From IMG/VR virus record IMGVR_UViG_3300042473_000506: 64,000 nt of DNA, one strand, 5' to 3'. A program made the position numbers and the translations under genes. Position 1 is the stretch's first letter; every line of letters starts with the position of its first letter. The stretch comes from a virus (lineage: Duplodnaviria > Heunggongvirae > Uroviricota > Caudoviricetes). Of this stretch, positions 27,426 through 35,319 are shown piece by piece. The notes under the pieces are model-generated. The model worked only from the letters and a program-made list of their open reading frames with translations, did not search any database and was not told where the DNA came from.

Positions 27426-30098
27426 TCAATCAAAGGAAAATAATTTGCCAAAGGTATTGTCTTGGGTAGTTGATTCTAAATCCCAATCCAGCACACCGAT
27501 GAGGTTGTCCAGTTTGTTGTTAATGATAGCAGTTTCCATTTCGCTGTGATCGAATGGCAGGTCTTGGAACCATTTAGGTAATCGCATCTCATCGACCGGA
27601 TAAGCAATGGATGTGTAGCCTAATGGATTGTCTTTAACTTTACAAACAATGACCTTCATGCCGTCAACAATGCCCATTGAGTATTTGTCACCGTTCATGC
27701 GTTTTAGCGTATTCCAGTTAATAGCAGCACGGACATGCCCTGGCATATTAGCCTTGCCTTGTTTAGCTTCCTTGGCTTGATACTCTGTGATGTTGTTAGC
27801 TCGTTTGGGACTACCCTTCTCCCAACCTGGACGGGCTTTGAACTCAGTCCGGAACGCACTGATCATTTCTAGAATTTCTTGTTCCTCTGCACCATTCAGT
27901 ACTCGAGTAAGAACTTCTTCTAAGAACTTTTGCATAAATTCGGGAGTATCACTACGCTTAAGATCTAGACCCATAGCTTTGATCTTACCTGGCTTACCGT
28001 CAGTGTCCTGTCTCTTACCATCTTTGTCGTAATACAATACTGCATAACGTTTCTTGGTAATGAACAGGCCTTTAACAGCAACAATTTCTCGCCCACCTTT
28101 GATAACCTCACCGCGTGTCTTTGGGCAATGAAATGCATCCAACATGAACTGCGGGAATGTTGCATTTACGTTTTCGGCAATCTGATCATACAACTGAATA
28201 ACAACATCTCTATCCCAAGGGATTAGCTTTTTGTTAATATCAGTCTTTAGCGTATTATAAGCTGAGAAGTAGCAACTGTCAGTATCACCGTAGATAATAC
28301 TCTTACCTACGTGATCAAACTCACCGGTAATCATTTCATTGACTTTGCCTGCCATATGCTTGGCAATCTGCCTGCCAACAAGTGTAGTGGACTGCCCAAT
28401 ACGCTTATCAAAGAATCTGCAACCAGGATTCAAAATAGCACCATACAAACTATTCAAGTTAATCTTCTTGACCAACTGTCGCTTGTCCCAATACTCTTCT
28501 TCGATCTTGTTACCTGCTTCGATAGCTGCCTTGAGCTTCTTCTGCATATCTTTACGTTCAGCATACCATCGCTTTAACAGTCCAGGAATAATGCCTTCAT
28601 GTTCATAGGTAAAGATAGTGCCGTTGGCGCTTAACATCCAAGGTTGATTACTGTCAAAGATTAACTTATATGCTTCAGCTGCACTCATAATATCACTTTG
28701 ATCGTTTTCCCAATCAACTGTAATTTCAAATGCACGGTCCTGTTGCATAACTGCTTCATACTCTAGGCTACCAAACATACCTTCCCAAGCCGCCGCAAAT
28801 GATTTTTTATGAACCATCATTTGTTCATCGATATGTTGATCTGTCCTGTCCTGACGTAACTGACCGATGATAGTTTCTGGACCCATGTTGAGCGCACGAA
28901 TAGCTGACGGATACAATGAGTTAATGTCAATAGATCCGATCCAGTCGTGGATACCTTTCTTGGGATATGCAACATAAGCACCTGCTGCCTGATTATTTGC
29001 GTCCTCGTCACGTTTGGCACGATTGGGCACAATGAGACCACGGTGGTGGGCTTCGTTTACAATAGCCTGTTCAGTTACAGCAACTGCACCCATTGTGGTC
29101 TGTAATAGCACCGTACATTCGTGTGCCAGTGTGTTAGCAAGATCGATAAACTTTAGTTTCTTATCCAGCTTGTCTAACAATGCGGTATCTTGTCTGTTGT
29201 ACTCAATGAACTTACGGAAGTCATTGTTATATAACTGATCAAGTGTACCTTCATAGTGAGTCTTGCTCTCGCCTACTTCCATCTCTCCAATGGCATCCAG
29301 TCGGTAAGTGTGTCGCTCTTCATATGTGTATTTGCGGTACAGCTCGAGACTGTCCAGATGAACACGACCAACCAGATCATAAGTAACAGCCGCTTTTCCA
29401 TATTTTTCGTACTCTCTCTTCTTGGGAAATTGACCCCACAGACAAAATCTACGAGTGTCTTCTTTACTCAGTGCTTTGATAACTCTGTTAACTGTGTAAG
29501 GGATATCATAGCCTTCACTGTTCCATCCACTGAGAATGTCAGCATCTTGAATGAGATCCAAAAACGCATCTAACATCTCTGCTTCAGTTTCAAACAGATG
29601 TGTATTAGGAAAGTCCTTAACTAACGCTGTTGCTTGCTCCATTGTCAGGGTCTTTGGAGGAACAGCAAAGCAGACCAGTGTGTCTAACCATTGTAGGTGA
29701 ACAGCAATCGATGTAATAGGCATGAAAGCATCCTCGGGGGTGCTATAACCTCTTTCAGGATCAAAGTCCACCTCAATGTCGAAGAACGCCACATTGAGTT
29801 TAGGCGGTTCGTGATTGAGATAGTTTTCTTCTAGGGTTTTGAATACAGTGTTGATGTCTGATTCATACAGTCTGTGGCTGCTGTGGATCCGTTGTTCTTT
29901 TTGAAAGTCTTTGTAGGACCTTGTGACAACTTTATTTAGATTTTCACCGTAAATTGATTTGTATTTTCCGCGTTGATCGGGATAATAAAATGTATATCTT
30001 GCAGGAAACTCCTGAAAGATTCTGCCTTTCTTTAGATCACGCTCAACGACATGCACAATGTCTTTGTCGCGATCCCACATGGCATCGACGTAGCTCAT
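27426..30098 (-). CDS. Family B DNA polymerase with 3'-5' exonuclease
   Basis: Exo motifs FDIE, GWNSEGYD, YNRQD; pol motifs DINSLYPS, KINLNSLYG, YGDTDS, KKRY, GLDLKRSD. Start moved to the ATG at 30098 (MSYVD), which follows an AAGGAG RBS. No intein. Confidence 0.97.
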   Translation of the reverse strand: MSYVDAMWDRDKDIVHVVERDLKKGRIFQEFPARYTFYYPDQRGKYKSIYGENLNKVVTRSYKDFQKEQRIHSSHRLYESDINTVFKTLEENYLNHEPPKLNVAFFDIEVDFDPERGYSTPEDAFMPITSIAVHLQWLDTLVCFAVPPKTLTMEQATALVKDFPNTHLFETEAEMLDAFLDLIQDADILSGWNSEGYDIPYTVNRVIKALSKEDTRRFCLWGQFPKKREYEKYGKAAVTYDLVGRVHLDSLELYRKYTYEERHTYRLDAIGEMEVGESKTHYEGTLDQLYNNDFRKFIEYNRQDTALLDKLDKKLKFIDLANTLAHECTVLLQTTMGAVAVTEQAIVNEAHHRGLIVPNRAKRDEDANNQAAGAYVAYPKKGIHDWIGSIDINSLYPSAIRALNMGPETIIGQLRQDRTDQHIDEQMMVHKKSFAAAWEGMFGSLEYEAVMQQDRAFEITVDWENDQSDIMSAAEAYKLIFDSNQPWMLSANGTIFTYEHEGIIPGLLKRWYAERKDMQKKLKAAIEAGNKIEEEYWDKRQLVKKINLNSLYGAILNPGCRFFDKRIGQSTTLVGRQIAKHMAGKVNEMITGEFDHVGKSIIYGDTDSCYFSAYNTLKTDINKKLIPWDRDVVIQLYDQIAENVNATFPQFMLDAFHCPKTRGEVIKGGREIVAVKGLFITKKRYAVLYYDKDGKRQDTDGKPGKIKAMGLDLKRSDTPEFMQKFLEEVLTRVLNGAEEQEILEMISAFRTEFKARPGWEKGSPKRANNITEYQAKEAKQGKANMPGHVRAAINWNTLKRMNGDKYSMGIVDGMKVIVCKVKDNPLGYTSIAYPVDEMRLPKWFQDLPFDHSEMETAIINNKLDNLIGVLDWDLESTTQDNTFGKLFSFD

Positions 30099-30167
30099 AT
30101 AGTTCTCCTTACCGCTTATGGCCGGCAACCGTTCTTGTGATCATTTATAGCTGATCAAACTTTTCTC

Positions 30168-30467
30168 TTATATATTTAACAATCTAATATAGCCGATGAC
30201 GTCTATAGTGACTAACAGTAGGTAGTTGGCTACCATACCTGTGCTCTTTCGAGTCCATGATGCCCATGCAAAAATTGCACATTGCAAAATAAATATCGGA
30301 TACAGATAGAAAAACAGCGGATCAGTTGCACCTGCTGCCAATGTCAGAGAGCAGCCTAAACTCATTAACCATGCTGAAATTTCTAACGAAAATCGGACAG
30401 GCCATTCTCGATAGTCATTCCTGGCCCAGTTGTACACGTTTCCAAGTACAGTTGTAAGTCTAGTCAT
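30168..30467 (-). CDS. Small membrane protein (about 3 TM segments)
   Basis: Three hydrophobic stretches in 99 aa. Confidence 0.65.
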   Translation of the reverse strand: MTRLTTVLGNVYNWARNDYREWPVRFSLEISAWLMSLGCSLTLAAGATDPLFFYLYPIFILQCAIFAWASWTRKSTGMVANYLLLVTIDVIGYIRLLNI

Positions 30468-30820
30468 TAATCTGCCTGTCTTGTAATAAAATTTACCCTA
30501 ATTTTTTTAGGATTAAAATATTTTGTTACTACATTCTGTGCAGTTAGCAAATCAAACTCTTTACAACTAAAAATATCAAAGTATGCAGTTCCGTCGAGTT
30601 CCATAAAATGACCACAAATATTACTTGTAGTTATTAGCTGCATTAAGCTGTAACCTTGTTTTGAATCTCCAGGTAACAAATATTCGATTATAGGTTCTCC
30701 GTACGCGACCATGTCGATCTTGTCAACAAGGTCTTTTACAAAATTATAAATGTTATCTTTGCAGTGAATTTGTTCACAACCACTACAATCTAACATTAAA
30801 TGATATCCCCAGTGGCTCAT
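30467..30820 (-). CDS. speD: Pyruvoyl-dependent S-adenosylmethionine decarboxylase family protein (SpeD/SpeH type)
   Basis: GYHLMLDC, GYSLMQLITT-SNICGHF (autocleavage Ser), FDIFSCKEF. Confidence 0.82.
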   Translation of the reverse strand: MSHWGYHLMLDCSGCEQIHCKDNIYNFVKDLVDKIDMVAYGEPIIEYLLPGDSKQGYSLMQLITTSNICGHFMELDGTAYFDIFSCKEFDLLTAQNVVTKYFNPKKIRVNFITRQAD

Positions 30821-31089
30821 TAGTCTTCACGACGATTAGCGTGACCTGCAATATCGACAATAGTTTCAAGATCGTCGAATTCACGGAACACTTGATCCCA
30901 TTGATCTTTCTGTGCAATTTTGATTGCTTTGCGAATAACACTAGGTTTTACCTCTAGTTCTTCTGCCACTGCTTTGATAGTTTCATTCAAACCTTCAGTG
31001 AGGTCTTGAATTTCCTGCATAACAGTCATACCTTCGGATACGATCTGTTTGATTTTTGCCTGTTCTGGTGCGCCAAATGCTTTTCCCAT
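30820..31089 (-). CDS. Small helical dsDNA-binding protein (T4 DsbA/GapR-like)
   Basis: EIQDLTEGLNETIKAVAEELEVKPSVIRKAIKIA: coiled-coil plus HTH-like pattern. Confidence 0.55.
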   Translation of the reverse strand: MGKAFGAPEQAKIKQIVSEGMTVMQEIQDLTEGLNETIKAVAEELEVKPSVIRKAIKIAQKDQWDQVFREFDDLETIVDIAGHANRRED

Positions 31090-31109
31090 AATATCTCCTG
31101 TGAGTATAT

Positions 31110-31138
31110 AGTATACAGGGTTGTGATTACAAGGTCAA
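31110..31138 (-). promoter_or_regulatory. Sigma70-type promoter
   Basis: TTGACC-17 nt-TATACT on the - strand; AGGAG RBS before 31089. Confidence 0.65.
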
Positions 31139-31756
31139 ACTTTTTTCTGTGTATTCTGCCCTAGTCCAACCAAGAAGAAAGTTTGCTTTCCAATCATTTT
31201 GTGCAAAGCCAGTAAGGTTTTTCCATTGATCTCTGTGTGCTAGAACCTGTCGAGATGCATCACGCCAGTCAGTGTGTCGTACCTTAAAATCAAACATCTG
31301 CATAGATTTTAGGAATGTGTCGTAGTCGTAGTTGTCATACTCGACGTGCAGTACTTCATAGATATTACCAGCGTCATCTACTGCATCTAATGCAAAATCA
31401 AATCCCCATTTCTGTGGAGTTTTCAATAACCACTCTGCCTCGGGAATATCCTTTTTTATTTTTCTTAGTTGATGTTCTGCGTAGTCCTCGTATCTGCAAC
31501 GATGCAGGATCAATGAGTGATCTAGTATTAGACCTATATCGTTATATTCTAGAGCAAACCAAGGTTCTTGCCAGCAGCGATGATTAAGTATAGGATGGTC
31601 TATAGGATGGTGCATCATCCCGTAATATTTCTGTTCTGCTTGATTTAATTCAAATCCGTCTTTGTCATAGAATTTAAAATCTTCTGCAACAACATTGTAG
31701 ATGGGCTCACTACAGACAGGATTTGATACTACCGGTACATCAAATCTTTTAAACAT
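31127..31756 (-). CDS. Hypothetical protein
   Basis: 209-aa intact ORF. Confidence 0.7.
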   Translation of the reverse strand: MFKRFDVPVVSNPVCSEPIYNVVAEDFKFYDKDGFELNQAEQKYYGMMHHPIDHPILNHRCWQEPWFALEYNDIGLILDHSLILHRCRYEDYAEHQLRKIKKDIPEAEWLLKTPQKWGFDFALDAVDDAGNIYEVLHVEYDNYDYDTFLKSMQMFDFKVRHTDWRDASRQVLAHRDQWKNLTGFAQNDWKANFLLGWTRAEYTEKSLTL

Positions 31757-31759
31757 GTT

Positions 31760-31993
31760 TTATTTTTTTGTGGGCTGCTTTGCATCGTAGTAGGCTGCTA
31801 TAGCCATACGATCTTTCTTTTCTGGATCTTTGTTTTTAAATTGACGATATTGATTTGGGTCAGCAGTTTGAAAACGTTGTTTCCAATAGTCAATAGGCAT
31901 ATCGGGCCTTAGTTTAGGCTGTGGTCCGACTGGCTTAGTTTGTTGAGCAGGCTCCTCTGTCGGTGCCACCGGTTCCTGCTCAATTACTTTTTT
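31760..31993 (-). CDS. -1 frame extension of the 897-aa polyprotein (or an independent 69-aa ORF from the GTG at 31969)
   Basis: The frame is open upstream through the stop of the 31984 gene: KKVIEQEPVAPTEEPAQQ...YYDAKQPTKK. Confidence 0.6.
   Translation of the reverse strand, partial: KKVIEQEPVAPTEEPAQQTKPVGPQPKLRPDMPIDYWKQRFQTADPNQYRQFKNKDPEKKDRMAIAAYYDAKQPTKK
31943..31993 (-). promoter_or_regulatory. Candidate programmed -1 ribosomal frameshift signal
   Basis: In-phase A_AAA_AAG (31993-31987), then TAA, then a 9-bp stem TTGAGCAGG/CCTGCTCAA. Confidence 0.6.
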
Positions 31994-34677
31994 GATTTCT
32001 TCTTTTCAGGAAGACCTTTGTGCTTAGTTGATGCAAAGTCTTTGGCATCTTTCTTGCCCATATCCTTGGCTACTTTGGCAACTTCTTTACTGGCAGGCTT
32101 TTCACCTTTTTGTGCAGCATGAACCATGCCCATAAACTTTTGTTGCTGCTTGCTTACTGCTTTTTCACTCAGGACCTGTTGCAATGAGTGGGCAAGACTT
32201 TCCATATATACATCAACTTCGGATACTGACTGTTCCATACTTCTCAACTCACCAAGTGTGTCGGAAACAAAGTCTTCATCATAGCTGATCAAATATCTTG
32301 CCTCCTTTGGCGACATGTTTAATTCTTTGACCAGCACCATGCCTATTGCGTTGATCAATTCATTTTCTTGTGCAGGATCGTATTTGATTCCACGATCTGA
32401 TAGAATTTTAGCAACTTGATAACTTGTGCGATCTTCCGGTGCTTCCGCTACACCTTGCTCACTCTCGCCTATTTCAAGTTCGCCGCGACTAGCCATTCGG
32501 TTTTGTAATTTATCCAGATTACCCGACTGCAACTGACTATCAAATTGTGGTAGCATTTGAGCAAGGGTATCAGGATCCATTTCAATATCAAATTGATTTG
32601 ATAGTATCTGTTGCCAATTTAGTATTCTTCTTTTTTCTGGTGTTCCTATAGGAGCCATGACTACTGCTTTTAGATATGCCATTGCTAAATGTGTTTTGTT
32701 TGCTCCAGAGCCTTCCGCCACACCTTGCTCAGGACTATGTCTCAGATTGGCTATGTAACCATTGGGACCAGTCCATTGATCTTTATAGTCTTGCCATTCG
32801 TTCTGACTCCATGCTATAGGGAACATTTGCCAGGCCCACATTCCATGGGTATTAAACTCGCTAGAAAATTCCTGTATGTCTGCCAGTGTAATACCCGAGG
32901 TCTTGGTCTGTTTAGCAACATCAATCAACCAGTGCGCCATGGTTTCGCCACCGTCTTCGAATTCGCTTAATTTTTTTAATTTATTAAATCTATCTGCACC
33001 TTGCTTGGCAAACTCACGGCAAAGATCTTCAAGCCATTTTATAAATTCCTGACCAAATTTGGCCAATGCAGTCTCGGGGTCGCTGCCTGTTCTTGCAGTG
33101 AGGGACTTATTCAAATTATCTACACCTTGCCTGGCACCAGCACCGCCTGTGATCTGTCCCATCATGCTGTCAAATCTCTCATCGCCTGTTGCCTCCGCCA
33201 CACCTTGCTTTTTATTTCGCAACAGGCCCACCTGTTTTAGTTTTGGGTCCATGAAGTAATAAACATTCCCGTCAGCACCCACAGCATGACTTTTACTTGC
33301 AGTGTATCCAGTTCTTAATTCATCAGGAGTTGCAGGTCTTACTTGTTTCACTGATTCACGCAAATCGCCTTCTTCAGGGTCTTGGCCAGTTTTTACAAAA
33401 TGTTCAAGTTCTTCAAGTGAATAACCAACTTGATCGGCTAGGTTTTGTTTGTCTTCTGGCGACATTCTGCGCCATCCACTTCTTATTGTTTGTAGTTGTA
33501 GGGACAACTCGTGGCGTCTGGTCATTTCGTTACCAGCATTAGTTACTGGACCGTTTAAAATGTTTCTGATTTCTGAAGTATAGTATGCGTCTGCTTTACC
33601 TGCCATTTGACTACCGTACTGTTGACCTAATGTTTTCCCACCAAACTTTTTGACTTGTTGTGCGCTTAATACTTTGGCAAGATGCGTAAAATCTTTTCCG
33701 TTTCTTATTGCGGCTACTAGTTTTTCTTCGGCCGCTTCAATCCATTCTTGGAATTCAGGATCTGCTTGAACGGCCAAGTTGTCTACTTCTTGATTATAGA
33801 AGTCAATTGATTGTTGGTGCCCATCTGTACCTGCGGCATTAGCTGGCATGTTTACACTTGAGCTACCAAATGCCTCCGCCACACCTTGCTTTGGCAAATC
33901 ACTTAATTGATCCGGAATATAGTCTTCATCGTAACTTAATAAGTAACGAATTTGTTTTGAACTCATTCCTGCTTTCTTCATGTATTGAGCCATCAATCCG
34001 ATGAGTTCATCTTCTTTATCTGGGCTGTAGGTAATGCCGTCTTGAGCCATTTGCTGTCCAATGGACAACTTAGTTTGATCCGCTGGGATACTCAAATACT
34101 GGTCGCCTGGCATACTGGCTCCACCTTCCTCTACACCTTGCTGCTCTGCTTTTGCTTTGGCCTCATCTCTAGTACGACTATAACCTTGGGCTATTGCTAG
34201 TTGTACTTGATTAGGGTAGACAGACGTTTTGAACATTTTACCATCTTTAACAACATACCAGTCTGTTGGATCTAAGTCGTGTCGTTCATCATCGCCGCGA
34301 TTGAATGCACCACCTACTCCACGAAATGGCATGCCTGCTTCTGCTAACTTTGATTTTAGTTGATCAATTTTTGTGCGTAGAGATTCCATATAGGGCTTTT
34401 TATGTTTTGCAGCGCCCTGCTTTTGTTCTTTTTTCTTATCCTTGTGTGCGCCTGCACCACTGGACTTGGCATTCTTAGCAACAAAATTACGGGGAGTAGT
34501 TGCAGGAACTTTGTCTTTACCTGCTTCTTGTGCCAAGATATTTCCGCGCTTTTGGACTTTGCCTAACGAGCTCGGTGCTGTAGCAACACTACCTGAACCG
34601 GTTGCACCTGCTGTCATTGACTCTAATGTATAGCGAGTTTCGTTATTGCTTTTTGATTTTTTAAATTCGTTGTTCAT
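31984..34677 (-). CDS. Modular head-internal-like polyprotein with QGVAE linkers
   Basis: Five QGV(A/E)E linkers plus LAE/LRE/VSE/LSE junctions separate unrelated 75-230-aa modules; basic C-terminal module KAVSKQQQKFMGMVHA...FASTKHKGLPEK. Confidence 0.75.
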   Translation of the reverse strand: MNNEFKKSKSNNETRYTLESMTAGATGSGSVATAPSSLGKVQKRGNILAQEAGKDKVPATTPRNFVAKNAKSSGAGAHKDKKKEQKQGAAKHKKPYMESLRTKIDQLKSKLAEAGMPFRGVGGAFNRGDDERHDLDPTDWYVVKDGKMFKTSVYPNQVQLAIAQGYSRTRDEAKAKAEQQGVEEGGASMPGDQYLSIPADQTKLSIGQQMAQDGITYSPDKEDELIGLMAQYMKKAGMSSKQIRYLLSYDEDYIPDQLSDLPKQGVAEAFGSSSVNMPANAAGTDGHQQSIDFYNQEVDNLAVQADPEFQEWIEAAEEKLVAAIRNGKDFTHLAKVLSAQQVKKFGGKTLGQQYGSQMAGKADAYYTSEIRNILNGPVTNAGNEMTRRHELSLQLQTIRSGWRRMSPEDKQNLADQVGYSLEELEHFVKTGQDPEEGDLRESVKQVRPATPDELRTGYTASKSHAVGADGNVYYFMDPKLKQVGLLRNKKQGVAEATGDERFDSMMGQITGGAGARQGVDNLNKSLTARTGSDPETALAKFGQEFIKWLEDLCREFAKQGADRFNKLKKLSEFEDGGETMAHWLIDVAKQTKTSGITLADIQEFSSEFNTHGMWAWQMFPIAWSQNEWQDYKDQWTGPNGYIANLRHSPEQGVAEGSGANKTHLAMAYLKAVVMAPIGTPEKRRILNWQQILSNQFDIEMDPDTLAQMLPQFDSQLQSGNLDKLQNRMASRGELEIGESEQGVAEAPEDRTSYQVAKILSDRGIKYDPAQENELINAIGMVLVKELNMSPKEARYLISYDEDFVSDTLGELRSMEQSVSEVDVYMESLAHSLQQVLSEKAVSKQQQKFMGMVHAAQKGEKPASKEVAKVAKDMGKKDAKDFASTKHKGLPEKKKSKK

Positions 34678-35039
34678 TTCTTCATCCAGTTTGCTACAGG
34701 GCTTACGGTATATGTATTGTCCAGTTCGCGACTTTCCATATCACCTTTATTTACATCTTTATAGTTTGCACCAACTACCTTGTATGCTTGTTTAAGCATT
34801 TCTTGTTCTTCTTTACTGTAAGGATGAGTAGTTTTAGTTTTACCCGCCCAACTCTTACCATTCATTTCGATGGGGTCTTTTCCGTTGGCTCCTGCTACTG
34901 CCATGCCTAATCTATAGGATGTATAAGTGCTGTCGGCTCTTTCACCGTCCTTGTAGGTATTTAAACCACGAGTAGCCTGTTGCTGTCTCTTGGTAATTTT
35001 ACCTGTTTTCATCTCAGTGATTAGTTCATTGATGCGCAT
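34674..35039 (-). CDS. Small head-internal-like protein with T4-IP-like N-terminal leader
   Basis: Start moved to MRINELITE (ATG at 35039), 5 nt after TAAATA; the leader resembles the T4 capsid-targeting sequence MKTYQEFIAE. Confidence 0.65.
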   Translation of the reverse strand: MRINELITEMKTGKITKRQQQATRGLNTYKDGERADSTYTSYRLGMAVAGANGKDPIEMNGKSWAGKTKTTHPYSKEEQEMLKQAYKVVGANYKDVNKGDMESRELDNTYTVSPVANWMKK

Positions 35040-35043
35040 AATG

Positions 35044-35319
35044 TTATTTATTTCTTCCGTACCATAGTTCAAACCATGCGGGAGAACCAGATTTAATTCC
35101 ATGCTCTTTCATGTATTTAGCCTTATCTACAGCACCAGATTTAACGTAATTGGATTCTCTTACGGATGCATTGTATTCGTGCAGTCGTTCTGTAGCATTT
35201 AGCCCGCCCATATAGCTAACAGTCTTTAAGGCGTGTATAGGATCTTCCGGTGCAAGATAGCAATCGTCCGGACTGTCCTTTACCATGTTTTCGTGAGTGA
35301 TGTAATACTGCTTGATCAT
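35044..35319 (-). CDS. Hypothetical protein
   Basis: 91-aa ORF with an ATGA overlap to the 1606-aa gene. Confidence 0.7.
   Translation of the reverse strand: MIKQYYITHENMVKDSPDDCYLAPEDPIHALKTVSYMGGLNATERLHEYNASVRESNYVKSGAVDKAKYMKEHGIKSGSPAWFELWYGRNK

Noticed and set aside
27426-30128. Intein or intron in the DNA polymerase, and the longer start at 30128
   Set aside because: The length (about 890 aa) and motif spacing leave no room for an insertion; the ATG at 30098 has the AAGGAG RBS.
30099-30160. T4 gp43-like autoregulatory RNA operator upstream of the polymerase
   Set aside because: Only 3-6-bp stems (TGATCA/TGATCA, CGG-TTG-CCG) can be drawn; too weak to support without comparative data.
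31943-31993. Hairpin plus T-run as a + strand intrinsic terminator
   Set aside because: No + strand gene ends nearby; the same element is better explained as a - strand frameshift signal, although an antisense-blocking role cannot be excluded.
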